Shown here in pieces: positions 48,606 through 59,017 of a stretch of 64,000 bases of DNA (position 1 is its first letter; every line of letters begins with the position of its first letter). The translations under genes and the position numbers were made by a program. The notes beneath the pieces were generated by a model. It had not been told where the DNA came from. It did no database searches and worked only from the letters and a program-made list of their open reading frames with translations. This DNA comes from Candidatus Peregrinibacteria bacterium (GTDB lineage Bacteria > Patescibacteriota > Gracilibacteria > Peribacterales > Peribacteraceae). The stretch lies in NCBI GenBank assembly GCA_043814035.1, contig JBDRKJ010000002.1, positions 136,766 through 200,765 of the forward strand. The letters are read 5' to 3'.

Positions 48606-51600
48606 TTATTTCTTCTCTTTCGCTTTCCCAGCAAGAATGTGCACCTGCTTTGTCAGTGCCGCCACCCATAACGATTCATCATCACTCTGCTTCTTGAGAA
48701 GCTCCTCAAATGGCAGATTGAGCGTGGATCCTGAGATTTTCCACTGCGGATGCTCCTTGATGAGCTGCATGATCTCTTTGGCTGTTATGCGGCTGGCGAG
48801 CGTGAGCACGACGAAGTCCTGCCGCGCCTCGTGCTCCATTTTGATGCGCAGAATTCCTACCTGACGGCACACGAGTTTCAACTGAAGCACTGCAAGAAGG
48901 TTCTTTACTGGTTGTGGCGGCTCACCAAACTCATCACGTAGGTCCTCTTCGAATTCTTTGAGTGTTGCTTCATCTTCACTGCCGGCAAGTTTCTGGTACA
49001 CCGAGATGCGCTCCTGTTCATCCGTGATGTAGAACGAAGGCAACATGGCTTCCACCGGCAGCAGAATCTCTGGAGAGATTTCTTCCTCGACTACGCTCTT
49101 CTCGCCGGCCTTCATCTCTTCTACAGCCGCTTTGAGCATGCGCAGGTAATGACTCACCCCTACGGTGTTCATGGTGCCCGACTGACTGGCCCCCAAAATC
49201 TCGCCTGCTCCGCGGATCTCTAAATCACGCATAGCCACCTGGAATCCGCTCCCCAATTCGCAGGCCTCCACAATCGCCCTCAGACGCTTCTTGGCGTCGT
49301 CCTGCAGTCTCTGCCCATGATAGAGGAAATAGGCGTACGCCTGCACCTTACTGCGCCCCACACGGCCTCTGAGCTGATAGAGCTGGGCAAGACCGAAGTG
49401 TTCTGCCTGATCCACAACCAATGTATTGGCTCGCGGCAGGTCGATACCGTTCTCGATAATTGTTGAGCTCACCAGTACATCCACCTTACCTTCTTTGAAT
49501 TCCAGAACGCGTGCCTCTAGATCATCGGCCTTGAGCTGCCCATGTGCGACGATGAACTTGGCCTCAGGAATAAGTAATCGAAGCTTGTCAGCAAAGGAAT
49601 CGATCGTCTCGACACGATTGTGGAGAATAAATGACTGCCCCTTGCGCTTGAGCTCGAAGATGATTGCGTGACGAATGAGAGAATCAGAATAGCGCCGGAC
49701 TTCAGTGATAATGGGAAGCCGGCCAGGAGGTGGAGTAGTGATGGTAGTGATGTCGCGCAGTTTGTGGAGCCCTAAATTCAATGTACGGGGAATGGGTGTC
49801 GCTGTGAGCGTGAGAATGTCTACAGACGCACGCATGTCCTTGAACTTTTCTTTCTGTTTCACACCAAATCGCTGCTCCTCATCCACAATCACGAGACCGA
49901 GATTATGGAATTTCACATCATCCTGCAGAAGCCGATGTGTACCAATGACAATATCCGCCTGTCCTTTCTTTAATTTCTCGAGCGTGACCTTTTGCTCTTT
50001 GACCGTTCTAAATCGACTGAGCATTTCTACCCGCACACCGAATGGCAACATGCGCTCGCGGAAGCTGTGGTAGTGCTGGTCGGCGAGAATGGTAATGGGC
50101 GCGACAACAACAACTTGTTTGCCGCCCTGCACAGCTTTGAACGCAGCACGCATGGCCACTTCTGTCTTACCAAACCCCACATCCCCACAGATAAGACGAT
50201 CCATCGGGTGCGGGCCTTCCATATCATTCTTGAGATCCTCAATCGCCTTGCGCTGCCCTGGTGTTTCCTCGTATGGGAATGATGCTTCGAACTTGCGCTG
50301 TTGCTCTGAATCCTCAGCAAACCCGAAGCCCTTGGCCTTGGCGCGCTTGGCGTAGAGGAGGAGAAGTTCCTTTGCGATCTGTTCGGTCTCTTCTTTCGTT
50401 TTCTTCATCACGCGCTTCCACTCATTGGTCCCAAGCCGGGTGAGAATCGGTTCCTGGCCCTCCTCATAGACGAACTTACTCAATTTATCTGCTTGATCCA
50501 CAGGTACGAAGAGTTTGTCACCCTCGGCATAGGTTAATTCCAAATACTCACGATTTGTTCCGTCCACTTCCTTCTGCGTCATCCCTTCAAAGTGGCCGAT
50601 GCCGTGCTCCATATGAACCACGTAGTCACCTGGAACCAGCGAAGTGATGAAGTCGAGAGCAAGCTTCTGAATACTGCGTTGCTTGCCCGCTTTCTTGAGT
50701 GAGAAAATCTCGCGATCCGTGAGCAGGGCAAATTTGAGGTCGGGGTTTTGTAGTGAATGTGGAAGAACTTCGTCGTCTTCCGCCCCAATTAAGGTGAGTG
50801 TCCCCGGCGAGCGTTTCTCTTCCGTCGTACAGGGGATGTGCTCTTCCTTACAAATGCTTTCCAACTCATCCAATCGCTTGGTCACGACGAAAATCGTCCA
50901 CTTTTGCGTGAGTTTATCGCGCACATCATTGAGAAAGTCAGAAAGCGTGTAGAACTTCAGTACTGAGAGATACCGCAAGTGCGCGTGGTGATCATCGGTT
51001 TCCGGAAACGGCGTGAACCGTAGAGCCGTCGTCGTCATCGGAAACTCCACATCATCCTGATCATCAACTGCCAGAAGCGCCTTTGCCGGTAGCTGTTCGG
51101 CCAGCGATACCATGCGCTCATAGAGCAAAGGGAAAATCTGCAATTCCTTTCCGTTGTCTTTCGTTTTCGAGAGATCAATAGCATCCACCGTCAGTATTTT
51201 CTCGACACGATCGATGTTGAATGACACACGATACGGATGGTCGGACTGAATAGGGAAGATGTCGAATACGTCCCCAATGCGTCGGTATTCACCAGGCGAG
51301 AGATAGAGATCTTCGCCGTGCTGATATCCGCGCTCAATGAGGTCTTCAATGAATGTGGTGTAATGAATATCGCTGCCGACCGTGAGTGTAAGTATCCGTT
51401 CCATGAGTTCCGCAAACCGAGGAAACGACTGATCCCACGTCGTGCGTGCGCACAGAAAAATGCCATTCGTTGACTCCTCCCCCTGCATAAATTGCAAAAA
51501 CACCTGCAGAGCATCAGGGAGTACTTCACCCTCTTCATTTTCGATTGGTTGGAGGATGTGAGTTTCCTGGTCAAAAAACTGCAACCAGTGTTGGAGTGTT

Positions 51601-51785
51601 TCGGCTTCCTCCTCTCGCCCAGTGAGGAGCAGGGTTCTCTGTGGGTGCTGTTCAAGAAAGAGTGAGAGAAGCAGCGCTTTCGCTGTCTCATTACTGGCTC
51701 CAGAAAGCACAAGACGACGCTCCTTTTTCAGGAGTTCGCTGAGTTCCCGGTGAGTGTCTCTCCCAAGGAGGAGAGAAGGTTGCAT
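48606..51785 (-). CDS. mfd: Transcription-repair coupling factor
   Basis: GDYVVHMEHGIG, MDRLICGDVGFGKTEVA, DEEQRFG, TATPIPRTL, QLRGRVGR, RDLEIRGAG. Confidence 0.98.
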   Translation of the reverse strand: MQPSLLLGRDTHRELSELLKKERRLVLSGASNETAKALLLSLFLEQHPQRTLLLTGREEEAETLQHWLQFFDQETHILQPIENEEGEVLPDALQVFLQFMQGEESTNGIFLCARTTWDQSFPRFAELMERILTLTVGSDIHYTTFIEDLIERGYQHGEDLYLSPGEYRRIGDVFDIFPIQSDHPYRVSFNIDRVEKILTVDAIDLSKTKDNGKELQIFPLLYERMVSLAEQLPAKALLAVDDQDDVEFPMTTTALRFTPFPETDDHHAHLRYLSVLKFYTLSDFLNDVRDKLTQKWTIFVVTKRLDELESICKEEHIPCTTEEKRSPGTLTLIGAEDDEVLPHSLQNPDLKFALLTDREIFSLKKAGKQRSIQKLALDFITSLVPGDYVVHMEHGIGHFEGMTQKEVDGTNREYLELTYAEGDKLFVPVDQADKLSKFVYEEGQEPILTRLGTNEWKRVMKKTKEETEQIAKELLLLYAKRAKAKGFGFAEDSEQQRKFEASFPYEETPGQRKAIEDLKNDMEGPHPMDRLICGDVGFGKTEVAMRAAFKAVQGGKQVVVVAPITILADQHYHSFRERMLPFGVRVEMLSRFRTVKEQKVTLEKLKKGQADIVIGTHRLLQDDVKFHNLGLVIVDEEQRFGVKQKEKFKDMRASVDILTLTATPIPRTLNLGLHKLRDITTITTPPPGRLPIITEVRRYSDSLIRHAIIFELKRKGQSFILHNRVETIDSFADKLRLLIPEAKFIVAHGQLKADDLEARVLEFKEGKVDVLVSSTIIENGIDLPRANTLVVDQAEHFGLAQLYQLRGRVGRSKVQAYAYFLYHGQRLQDDAKKRLRAIVEACELGSGFQVAMRDLEIRGAGEILGASQSGTMNTVGVSHYLRMLKAAVEEMKAGEKSVVEEEISPEILLPVEAMLPSFYITDEQERISVYQKLAGSEDEATLKEFEEDLRDEFGEPPQPVKNLLAVLQLKLVCRQVGILRIKMEHEARQDFVVLTLASRITAKEIMQLIKEHPQWKISGSTLNLPFEELLKKQSDDESLWVAALTKQVHILAGKAKEKK

Positions 51786-51956
51786 AAAACGATGTTTAAG
51801 GAACCTAAACTTGGACTCCCCTCACAAAAAATGAGGAGAGAATACTGAATGTGAGTCGCCTTGTTCTCCCAGGCGTCGACAGCGTAAGTATAGAAGAAAT
51901 AGGAAGAAAATCAAGGTCACGCCTTATTTTCCACGGCAAAATTCACCCCACCAATC

Positions 51957-53138
51957 TCAATCTTCCTGTATACGAAGCGGCATAATGAGATGGAGATAGA
52001 GTGAATTGCTGGGGAAGCGAAACACAGCAGGATGCATACTATCGGTCAGCGTGAGCTCCACCTCACTCTCGCCATCAGCATGGCTGAGAAAATCGAGGAG
52101 ATAACTGGAGCTAAGAGCGATCTTATTAACATCACCCTTTATTTTAGCTGGAAACGTCGCTTCGTCCCGGCCTGCTTGGGTTTGAGGAGTTTTTACATGT
52201 ACGGACTCTTTCGAAAAATTAAAGGTGAGATTGTTGTTAATCTCTTTTGCAAAGTAATGCATACGCTTGATGATAGGCACAAGCTCGCGCACAGAGAGGT
52301 GAATGGTAGTCTTTTCTTCTTTAGGAATGATTTGCTTGTAGTCGGGGAATCGGCCATCAATGAGACGAGAAAGAAGGTGTGTAGGGCCGATGTGAATTTC
52401 GATCTGTTGACTGCTGAGTGCCACTTCAACAGGTAAAAGTGTTGGTTCTGCTTTGGTCTTCTTTTCTTTCTCCTTTTCACCATCCTTACTTTTTTCTTCG
52501 CGTTCTGGTTTACGTGAAGAGAGGATTGACTTTAGCTCTTCAAGAACTTTAGTGGGGACGATGCAGGAAATATCAATGTTCGACGCCTTTGTGAGGATTT
52601 TGTATTCCGAAAGTCGATAACTATCTGTTGCAACAAAAGTGAGGTGGCCTTTTTCGGCATGAAGGTAAACACCAGAAAGCACGGGGCGGAGCGATGTTCT
52701 TGTTGAAGCAAATGTCACATGATGAAGTGCATCAAGAAGGGGAATCGCATCAAGAGTGAAAGTAATTTGTTTCTCAATAGGGGTGATGGTGGGGTACTCG
52801 CTGGCTGCCTCTCCTGCGATGAGAGTTTTGGCGTGTTTCGATGTGCACTTGAGTTGTGTGCCCTCACTGGTTTCGAGAAGAACTTCTTCATCGGAGTTGT
52901 ACTGAGCAAAGTTAAGAATTGCTTTGGAAGGAATAGTGATTGAACCCTCGTTCTCAATCGACGCCTCAAAACTTGTGACAATACTCAGCTCTAAATCGGT
53001 CGCGCTCACTTTGCAGCGCTTTCCTTCTGCCTCAAGAAGAATGTTTCCTAAAATCGGGAGTGCTTGCTGCCCACTAATAGCGCGGCTCACGAGTGTGAGT
53101 GCCTGAAGAAGATCGGAGGTTTTACACAGAAGCTTCAT
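51957..53138 (-). CDS. dnaN: DNA polymerase III subunit beta (sliding clamp)
   Basis: LPILGNILL, ATDLE, RPVLSGV, VATDSYRL, SRLIDGRFPDY, LIMPLR. Confidence 0.97.
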   Translation of the reverse strand: MKLLCKTSDLLQALTLVSRAISGQQALPILGNILLEAEGKRCKVSATDLELSIVTSFEASIENEGSITIPSKAILNFAQYNSDEEVLLETSEGTQLKCTSKHAKTLIAGEAASEYPTITPIEKQITFTLDAIPLLDALHHVTFASTRTSLRPVLSGVYLHAEKGHLTFVATDSYRLSEYKILTKASNIDISCIVPTKVLEELKSILSSRKPEREEKSKDGEKEKEKKTKAEPTLLPVEVALSSQQIEIHIGPTHLLSRLIDGRFPDYKQIIPKEEKTTIHLSVRELVPIIKRMHYFAKEINNNLTFNFSKESVHVKTPQTQAGRDEATFPAKIKGDVNKIALSSSYLLDFLSHADGESEVELTLTDSMHPAVFRFPSNSLYLHLIMPLRIQED

Positions 53139-53507
53139 AAGTTTTGTTCCTAGTAGATAGATAAATAAAAGATACTTATATAATTAGTCATCATCGTAGG
53201 CTCTCTACAACTATTCATGAGTTCCATTGTAGTCTGTGGAAAGAAGGAGTAATAGTTTCATTTTTTCCTCTTTACAAGCCAATCTCGCTTTTTGGGTGAT
53301 TCTCTCATTGTGGAGGAGGTGTGGAAAACTTGTGGAGAAGAAGAGGAGAAGATGTAGGGTAGGCCAAACAACCAGTTTTTAGCTTCATAGAGCGGAAATA
53401 CCAAGCTTTACGTGGAGAAGAGCGATGGAGGGGGGGAGAACGCCCCTCCCCCACTTTCCACAGGTGTGTGGATAACTTTTTTGCACAAAAAGTGCATTTT
53501 CTCTCTT
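53139..53507. promoter_or_regulatory. Probable replication origin oriC (DnaA-box cluster plus AT-rich element)
   Basis: Perfect TGTGGATAA at 53467-53475; near-boxes at 53235, 53309, 53320, 53331 and 53454; AT-rich TAGTAGATAGATAAATAAAAG at 53151; directly upstream of dnaN. Confidence 0.75.
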
Positions 53508-54812
53508 CTAGATACCTTTTTTGAACCCTTTTCGCGCTTCAGGAAGAGGCGCGGACATACGGTTTTCGCGGATGAGCATCTCCCCTTCCCGCATAGAAAC
53601 ATAGCTCTGCTCAGGAACGTCTTTATTGATTTGAACCCCACTTGCGACGAACGTCCCTCCCCCGATCTTCATGCCAGGGTTTATGGTGGTTCGAATTCCT
53701 AAGCGACAATCGGCACCGATCACCACGCCAAACTTCGTGAGCCCTGTAGAAACTTTTTCCTCTCCTACTAACGAAGAAATGTCTCCCTCATCCAAGCGCA
53801 AATTTCCCGTAAGACTCCCGCCCCCGAAAGAAACATTCGAACCAATGATGCTATCGCCGATGTACGTCATGTGCGTCCATACATGCGAGGCCAGTACAGA
53901 CGATTTGATTTCTGTAGAATAACCAATGACACAATCGTCGCCGACACTCGCACCGCGTACAAGAGCGTTATTGGCGACAATACTGCGCTTACCGATGACA
54001 CACGGGCCAACCACTGTGGCATGAGCGAATACGCGCACACCTTCTTCGAGAACAACATTGCCTTCAATCACGGCAGTTGGGTGGATAGTGGCCGTAGGAT
54101 GGATGACGGGCTTGCTGATCCCAGCAAGCTGATGTTGCAGCAGGGAGAGCAGGTGCCAGGGGTATTTCACTGGATGCCAAGCTCCTTCATATGGCACAGC
54201 GTGGTACGTCTTCGTTTTAAAGAGTGTATCGAGTGCGCGCTCGTATCCATCATCATTGTTCGTTGCCACATTGTGCAGAGCCTCGAGCAGTAGTGCCGGA
54301 TTGTTATGAACATGCGCCACAATAGTGACCAGATCACTCGGCTCTTTGCCTGCGCCAGGCTTCTCAATGATGGATGAGATACGCTTTCCCGTAAGCTCCA
54401 AATATCCTCCCGGAAAGTACGATGTAACGCGTTTTGCCAGTAGCGCCCCATCAACACCTTTCGTTGCTGCTTCTTGAATGAGGGCTGTGTAGGCAGCAGG
54501 TTCCACGACATCATTTCCTCCAACGATCATCACAGGCTCTTTGATAGTTGGCAGGGCATTGAGCATTGCTCCGCGCATACCGAGCGAGAGATCTTCTTGT
54601 TCAATCGAAGGCACGTCAGGGTACGCCGCACGCGCGAGGTCGAGGTTGTGTTTACCTCCAATCAAGATTATTTCTTGGATGCCTGCGGCGCGCAGGTGCT
54701 CGATTTGGATTTCAAGCAAGGTTTTTCCGCAAAGAGGAAAGAGGGATTTTTCGGCCAGCGGCCAGAAGCGCTTGCTTAAGCCTGCGAGAAGTAGAAAGGC
54801 TTTCACGGGCAT
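53508..54812 (-). CDS. Bifunctional sugar-1-phosphate nucleotidyltransferase/acetyltransferase (GlmU-like)
   Basis: LLLAGLSKRFWP, YPWHLL, hexapeptide repeats, HMTYIGDSIIG, NLRLD. Confidence 0.88.
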   Translation of the reverse strand: MPVKAFLLLAGLSKRFWPLAEKSLFPLCGKTLLEIQIEHLRAAGIQEIILIGGKHNLDLARAAYPDVPSIEQEDLSLGMRGAMLNALPTIKEPVMIVGGNDVVEPAAYTALIQEAATKGVDGALLAKRVTSYFPGGYLELTGKRISSIIEKPGAGKEPSDLVTIVAHVHNNPALLLEALHNVATNNDDGYERALDTLFKTKTYHAVPYEGAWHPVKYPWHLLSLLQHQLAGISKPVIHPTATIHPTAVIEGNVVLEEGVRVFAHATVVGPCVIGKRSIVANNALVRGASVGDDCVIGYSTEIKSSVLASHVWTHMTYIGDSIIGSNVSFGGGSLTGNLRLDEGDISSLVGEEKVSTGLTKFGVVIGADCRLGIRTTINPGMKIGGGTFVASGVQINKDVPEQSYVSMREGEMLIRENRMSAPLPEARKGFKKGI

Positions 54813-54853
54813 ATCGTACGCTCTAAAGGCTTATAGAAGCCAGTTCTTCCCCA

Positions 54854-55687
54854 TCAAAACACGAGCTGAATTTCCCCCTCCTGAGCCGTGCTCCGCATGG
54901 GGATGTGGGCATCTTGCAACCGTTGCAGAGTATCGGGATGTGGGTGGCCGTAGTCATTGTCTCTTCCTACAGAAATAATAGAGAGACGGGGATGGACGGC
55001 GGCAAGAAATTCTTCGGAGGAACTAAAACGGCTGCCGTGGTGCCCAACTTTCAACACCTGTGCCGAGACGTCGATGCCGGAAGCGAGCAATACCTCCTCT
55101 CCTTTTTCACTAAGGTCTCCGGTAAAAAGGATGGATCCGGTACCGTAGATCGCGCGCAACACGATGGAGTTGTCATTGTCCTCGGCATCGCGTACGGGAT
55201 TCGGAGGCCAGAGAATGTCGAGCATTACGCCATCCTGTAGATCGATATCTCGCTGCGGGTCTGTGGCAACGAGCGGTACGCCCTGCTCGCGCACGATTGC
55301 GAGCAATGCCTTATACGGCTCTTCGTCATTCTGTATTGCAGGGAGCAGGAGCGCACCTACTTTGAACCTTCGAAATACCTCCGGGAACGCCGTGAAGTGA
55401 TCGGGGTCGGGATGCGAGAGGATGAGCAGATCAATAGATCGGTGTGAGAGGGGTAGGCTTTTCCCCAATGCCTCCAGAGCAGAGAGATCGGGCCCACCAT
55501 CAATGAGCACAGTTTTTCCTGAGGGAGTCGTGAGAAGGGCGGCGTCACCCTGCCCTACATCAAAGAATTGCACTGTCAGATTCCCTTTGGGAATTCGCTT
55601 AAGCTCACGGATGAGAACGAGCGATGCCCCCACGAGGATGACGCAGCAGATGAGGAGCGGACGTCGAAAGTGAGGAGGCACTTGCAT
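54854..55687 (-). CDS. ComEC/Rec2-type metallo-beta-lactamase-fold protein
   Basis: FDVGQGDA, SHPDPDH, NDNSIV, FTGD, KVGHHGS, NDYGHPH. Confidence 0.9.
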   Translation of the reverse strand: MQVPPHFRRPLLICCVILVGASLVLIRELKRIPKGNLTVQFFDVGQGDAALLTTPSGKTVLIDGGPDLSALEALGKSLPLSHRSIDLLILSHPDPDHFTAFPEVFRRFKVGALLLPAIQNDEEPYKALLAIVREQGVPLVATDPQRDIDLQDGVMLDILWPPNPVRDAEDNDNSIVLRAIYGTGSILFTGDLSEKGEEVLLASGIDVSAQVLKVGHHGSRFSSSEEFLAAVHPRLSIISVGRDNDYGHPHPDTLQRLQDAHIPMRSTAQEGEIQLVF

Positions 55688-55837
55688 AGAGCAGGCTACT
55701 TTACAATTTTCGGTTAGGAATGCCACATTTCTTTCGGTCTCATTTACTGGAATTTCCTCCATCCCCCTTACCCCTTCCTCCTGTGGAGGAAGGGGGGGTA
55801 CCTCAAACAGTGGGACAATCACAGACACATACATATT

Positions 55838-55910
55838 CCCCCCCTCTTGCCTGCCCGTCCGAAGCTTAAGAAGGAGCGAAGGAGGGTGGAGAGGGGGCTA
55901 GGGGGAGAGG
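55838..55910. repeat. GC-rich REP-like hairpin with a nested CCTGCCCGTCCGAAGC repeat
   Basis: CCCCCTCT...AGAGGGGG arms enclose a copy of the 1069-1084 repeat. Confidence 0.65.
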
Positions 55911-55954
55911 TTCAGTGAAAAAAGAGAGGAGAAAAGGGGAGAGAAAAAACCGAA

Positions 55955-57316
55955 CTACTTCTTTTTCCTACTCTTTCTCCAGCCCATAAGTGCTCCGAGG
56001 GCGGCAATACCAACCATGGCGCCTGCCCCTGTTTGCGACAAGCTATTCACTTTAGGTGTAGGAGGTGCTGTGACAGATGAGGGAGAAGATGAGGCGGAAG
56101 ATGCACTCGCTACCACTGCCGCGACCGGTGCAGGCGGCTGAGGAGTGTTCCAAGTGAAGAGAGCCTTGAAAACACCTGGCGAGGATTCTCCTTCGGCGTT
56201 CGCTACGTACACCACAAGACCAAAGTTCTGTGGTGTGACATCGGGAATCTGCACGCCGTTTAGGTCTCCGGGGAGGAACTCTGGAGTATTAAATGTGCGG
56301 CCACCATCACGACTCTGGCGCACAACAATGAAGGCGCCATCGGGTGTAGTGGGATCAAGCTCCCACTGGCCGGTCACCATGAAACGCTGATTTTTTTGCG
56401 GAGATGCATTGAGACGGAAATTCACCACATCGGGTAGGCTTCCTGTCTGAGGCTGCAACATACCTGGCAGAGGAGATGTCGGCTGCTGAGCAGGAGTATT
56501 CTGTGGCAGGCTTTCTGCGCGGGCAGAAGCTTCTTCAGGTGAAATCCCAGTGCCGTGTCCAGTGAAGAAAGCCGTGCGATCAATGGGGTCAAGGATGAGT
56601 CCTCCCTCACCAGCAAGCGGCTCACTCAGACGCATTTGGTAGACCATTCCTGCGGCCTGACGCATGGTCTGTACCATGGCAGTTCTCCCCTCAATAGTGA
56701 GCTGTTCGATAGGCAGCGAGGATCCTTGCGAATCAATAATCGAAAACGCAGTGGGGGCAGAGGCAGGATCAATTATTGGGGCCGCCGAAAAGGCAAGAGC
56801 GACGCGAGTAGCAGAGAGCGCCTGTGCGGAGAGTAGATGCAGAGCATCTGTGCGAGGCATTGTCTGTGCCGAAGAAGCAGACATGGGTGCCGGAGGCATG
56901 ACGGGAGTATCGGGGTCGGAAGACGAAGGAGTGGATGTCGGGTTGACTGCACGGTCTACGCGCACTTCTTCAGTGAAGAAGGGGCTTTCTTCTCCTGATG
57001 CATTCACCGCCATCACGCTCACATACACAGTTGAGAATGTTGACGGAACACCTCGGAGAATATGCATGGCGGCAGGGCCTTCGGTCGTTTCGACATCATC
57101 GTAGTACCCATCGTTTTCCAGAATGGATTTCTGGCTGAAATACACACGATATTCGGCGATATCTCCTTCGGCTTGGGCCCACTCCACAATAACGGAGCCA
57201 TCATCCTGCCCGTGAGCCTGTAGGCCGGTTACGTTCCCTGGCATTTCTGCAAACACAGATGCCGGGACAATGAAGCTGCAGACAAGGGCAAGTGCGAAGA
57301 GAGTTCGGCGAGTCAT
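55955..57316 (-). CDS. Secreted FN3/Ig-like surface protein with LPxTG-like C-terminal sorting signal
   Basis: Signal peptide; FN3 signature VIVEW...YRVY...VSVMAVNASGEES; tail LSQTG-hydrophobic-RKSRKKK. Confidence 0.8.
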   Translation of the reverse strand: MTRRTLFALALVCSFIVPASVFAEMPGNVTGLQAHGQDDGSVIVEWAQAEGDIAEYRVYFSQKSILENDGYYDDVETTEGPAAMHILRGVPSTFSTVYVSVMAVNASGEESPFFTEEVRVDRAVNPTSTPSSSDPDTPVMPPAPMSASSAQTMPRTDALHLLSAQALSATRVALAFSAAPIIDPASAPTAFSIIDSQGSSLPIEQLTIEGRTAMVQTMRQAAGMVYQMRLSEPLAGEGGLILDPIDRTAFFTGHGTGISPEEASARAESLPQNTPAQQPTSPLPGMLQPQTGSLPDVVNFRLNASPQKNQRFMVTGQWELDPTTPDGAFIVVRQSRDGGRTFNTPEFLPGDLNGVQIPDVTPQNFGLVVYVANAEGESSPGVFKALFTWNTPQPPAPVAAVVASASSASSSPSSVTAPPTPKVNSLSQTGAGAMVGIAALGALMGWRKSRKKK

Positions 57317-57357
57317 AGGATTGGGTTGGATGTGTCTTTCGTACTATTATAGCAGAT

Positions 57358-58851
57358 TCAGCCTGTTTCCCCAAGGCCGAGCGAATGGCGATGTAGAGCC
57401 CTTAGAAGCTTTATGAATCCCGTAGCCCAGAGCAGAATTCCCAATACAAGGCTGGCGAGGGCGAGCCCGAGGAATGTCAGGTAATCATTTGCAAGGAATG
57501 GTCGCGTGAGCCAGAGGATCATCGCAAGAAAGAGCGTGAAGATAAACCAACGCAAAAAAGCCCATGGAGGAAAGTACGGTCGTGAGTATTTGAGCGTGGA
57601 GGGAAGGAGCAGAATCACCAAGAGTGATTGCACAATGATGGCCGTTGTCGCCGCGCCGACAAATCCGAGCTGCGGGATAAGAAGCATGTTACTGCTCACC
57701 GAGATAATGGCCCCAATTGTGAGAGTGGCGAGCAGGCGCCGCCATTCACCGTGCACCAATGCCGTATAAAAAGAAAAGAGAATAAAGCCGTAGAGGAACA
57801 TTGGAATACTGGCGAGACGGAGGGCGGTGTCGGCACCGGGATGACCCACTGTCGAGAGGTATTCTCGCGTCGTGAGCAGGGCAATGAGCGGTCGTGGCCA
57901 CAGTGCAGCAAACAGTCCGGCCGTCGTTCCCAAAAGCAGAAGAACGAGGAATGTTTTTCCTAGAAGGTCACCAGTATCCTTACCCTTCTCTCGGCGCTCG
58001 CTGATGATGGGCAAGATGGAGTTGAGCAAGAATGTAGGGATGAGAAAACTCATTTCTCCCATTCGCAGTACGAAGCCGTAATACGCATTTTGGATCTGGA
58101 AATCCGGTCGCAAGAGAGCAATGAGTGTGGTGTCGAACTGGCGGCAGAAGGAGAGAAGCAGGTAAGCCGATCCGAATGGCAGAGCACTTTTAAGCAAGTG
58201 TCGTATCGTCGCACCATGCCAGTGTGTTGTTGGTCGCAAGAAGCGACGCGAGAACACACAAGACAGGATGAGGAGCAGGAGCGCGCCCACACCACCGACG
58301 AGGGTACAGAAGTAGAATATGCGCACATCTGTGCTGCCTCGGATTCCGAGGACGATGATGCTGGCCAACATCACTGTCGTGAGGATGCGCTGTGAGACCT
58401 CTGCAATGAACACGTAGTGCAGGCGGTAGTTAATTTGGAATACCGAGCGCAGTGTTCCTGCCAAGAGAGTGAAGAACGGCGTGAATGCTGCGAACGTAAT
58501 ACCGATTGGCAATGGCGTACCTGTCCAGCGAGGCATCAGCCATGCCAGGGCAATTGCCGAGCCCAATGAGAGGGCGAGAATAATGGAGCGCAGAAAAATG
58601 AGTGCACCCAATATTTCCTCTTTTCTATCCGAGCGACTCATCTCGCGCACGGCTACCGCGTAGAGTCCGAAATCCGCAAGAATGCCGAACACCTGCAGAT
58701 AGCCATAGGCAGAGTTGTAGTAACCAGCGAGCTCAAGGCTTAATGCCATGGCGACGAATTTGACGCTGAGAATAGACAGCGCCGCCATGGTGACCTGGCT
58801 CGCGAGTTGCCAGAGCGTCGAAGCCGTAATTTTTCTTGCCACCGAAGACAT
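57358..58851 (-). CDS. Oligosaccharide flippase (Wzx/MOP family)
   Basis: ARKITASTLWQ, LADFGL, LIPQLGFVGAA; multi-TM. Confidence 0.88.
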   Translation of the reverse strand: MSSVARKITASTLWQLASQVTMAALSILSVKFVAMALSLELAGYYNSAYGYLQVFGILADFGLYAVAVREMSRSDRKEEILGALIFLRSIILALSLGSAIALAWLMPRWTGTPLPIGITFAAFTPFFTLLAGTLRSVFQINYRLHYVFIAEVSQRILTTVMLASIIVLGIRGSTDVRIFYFCTLVGGVGALLLLILSCVFSRRFLRPTTHWHGATIRHLLKSALPFGSAYLLLSFCRQFDTTLIALLRPDFQIQNAYYGFVLRMGEMSFLIPTFLLNSILPIISERREKGKDTGDLLGKTFLVLLLLGTTAGLFAALWPRPLIALLTTREYLSTVGHPGADTALRLASIPMFLYGFILFSFYTALVHGEWRRLLATLTIGAIISVSSNMLLIPQLGFVGAATTAIIVQSLLVILLLPSTLKYSRPYFPPWAFLRWFIFTLFLAMILWLTRPFLANDYLTFLGLALASLVLGILLWATGFIKLLRALHRHSLGLGETG

Positions 58852-59017
58852 CGCGGAGATTGTACCCGTATTTGGAATATTCGGTGTGAGGATGAGTTGT
58901 CAGAGGGGCGGAATATCCCGCGTCGCGCTGGGAGGTCTCCACAATATTCAATGCCCATGAGCAATACGCGTTGCCTGCTTGCCCTCTCCGTTGCACGAGG
59001 CCTACTCTACAGGCACC

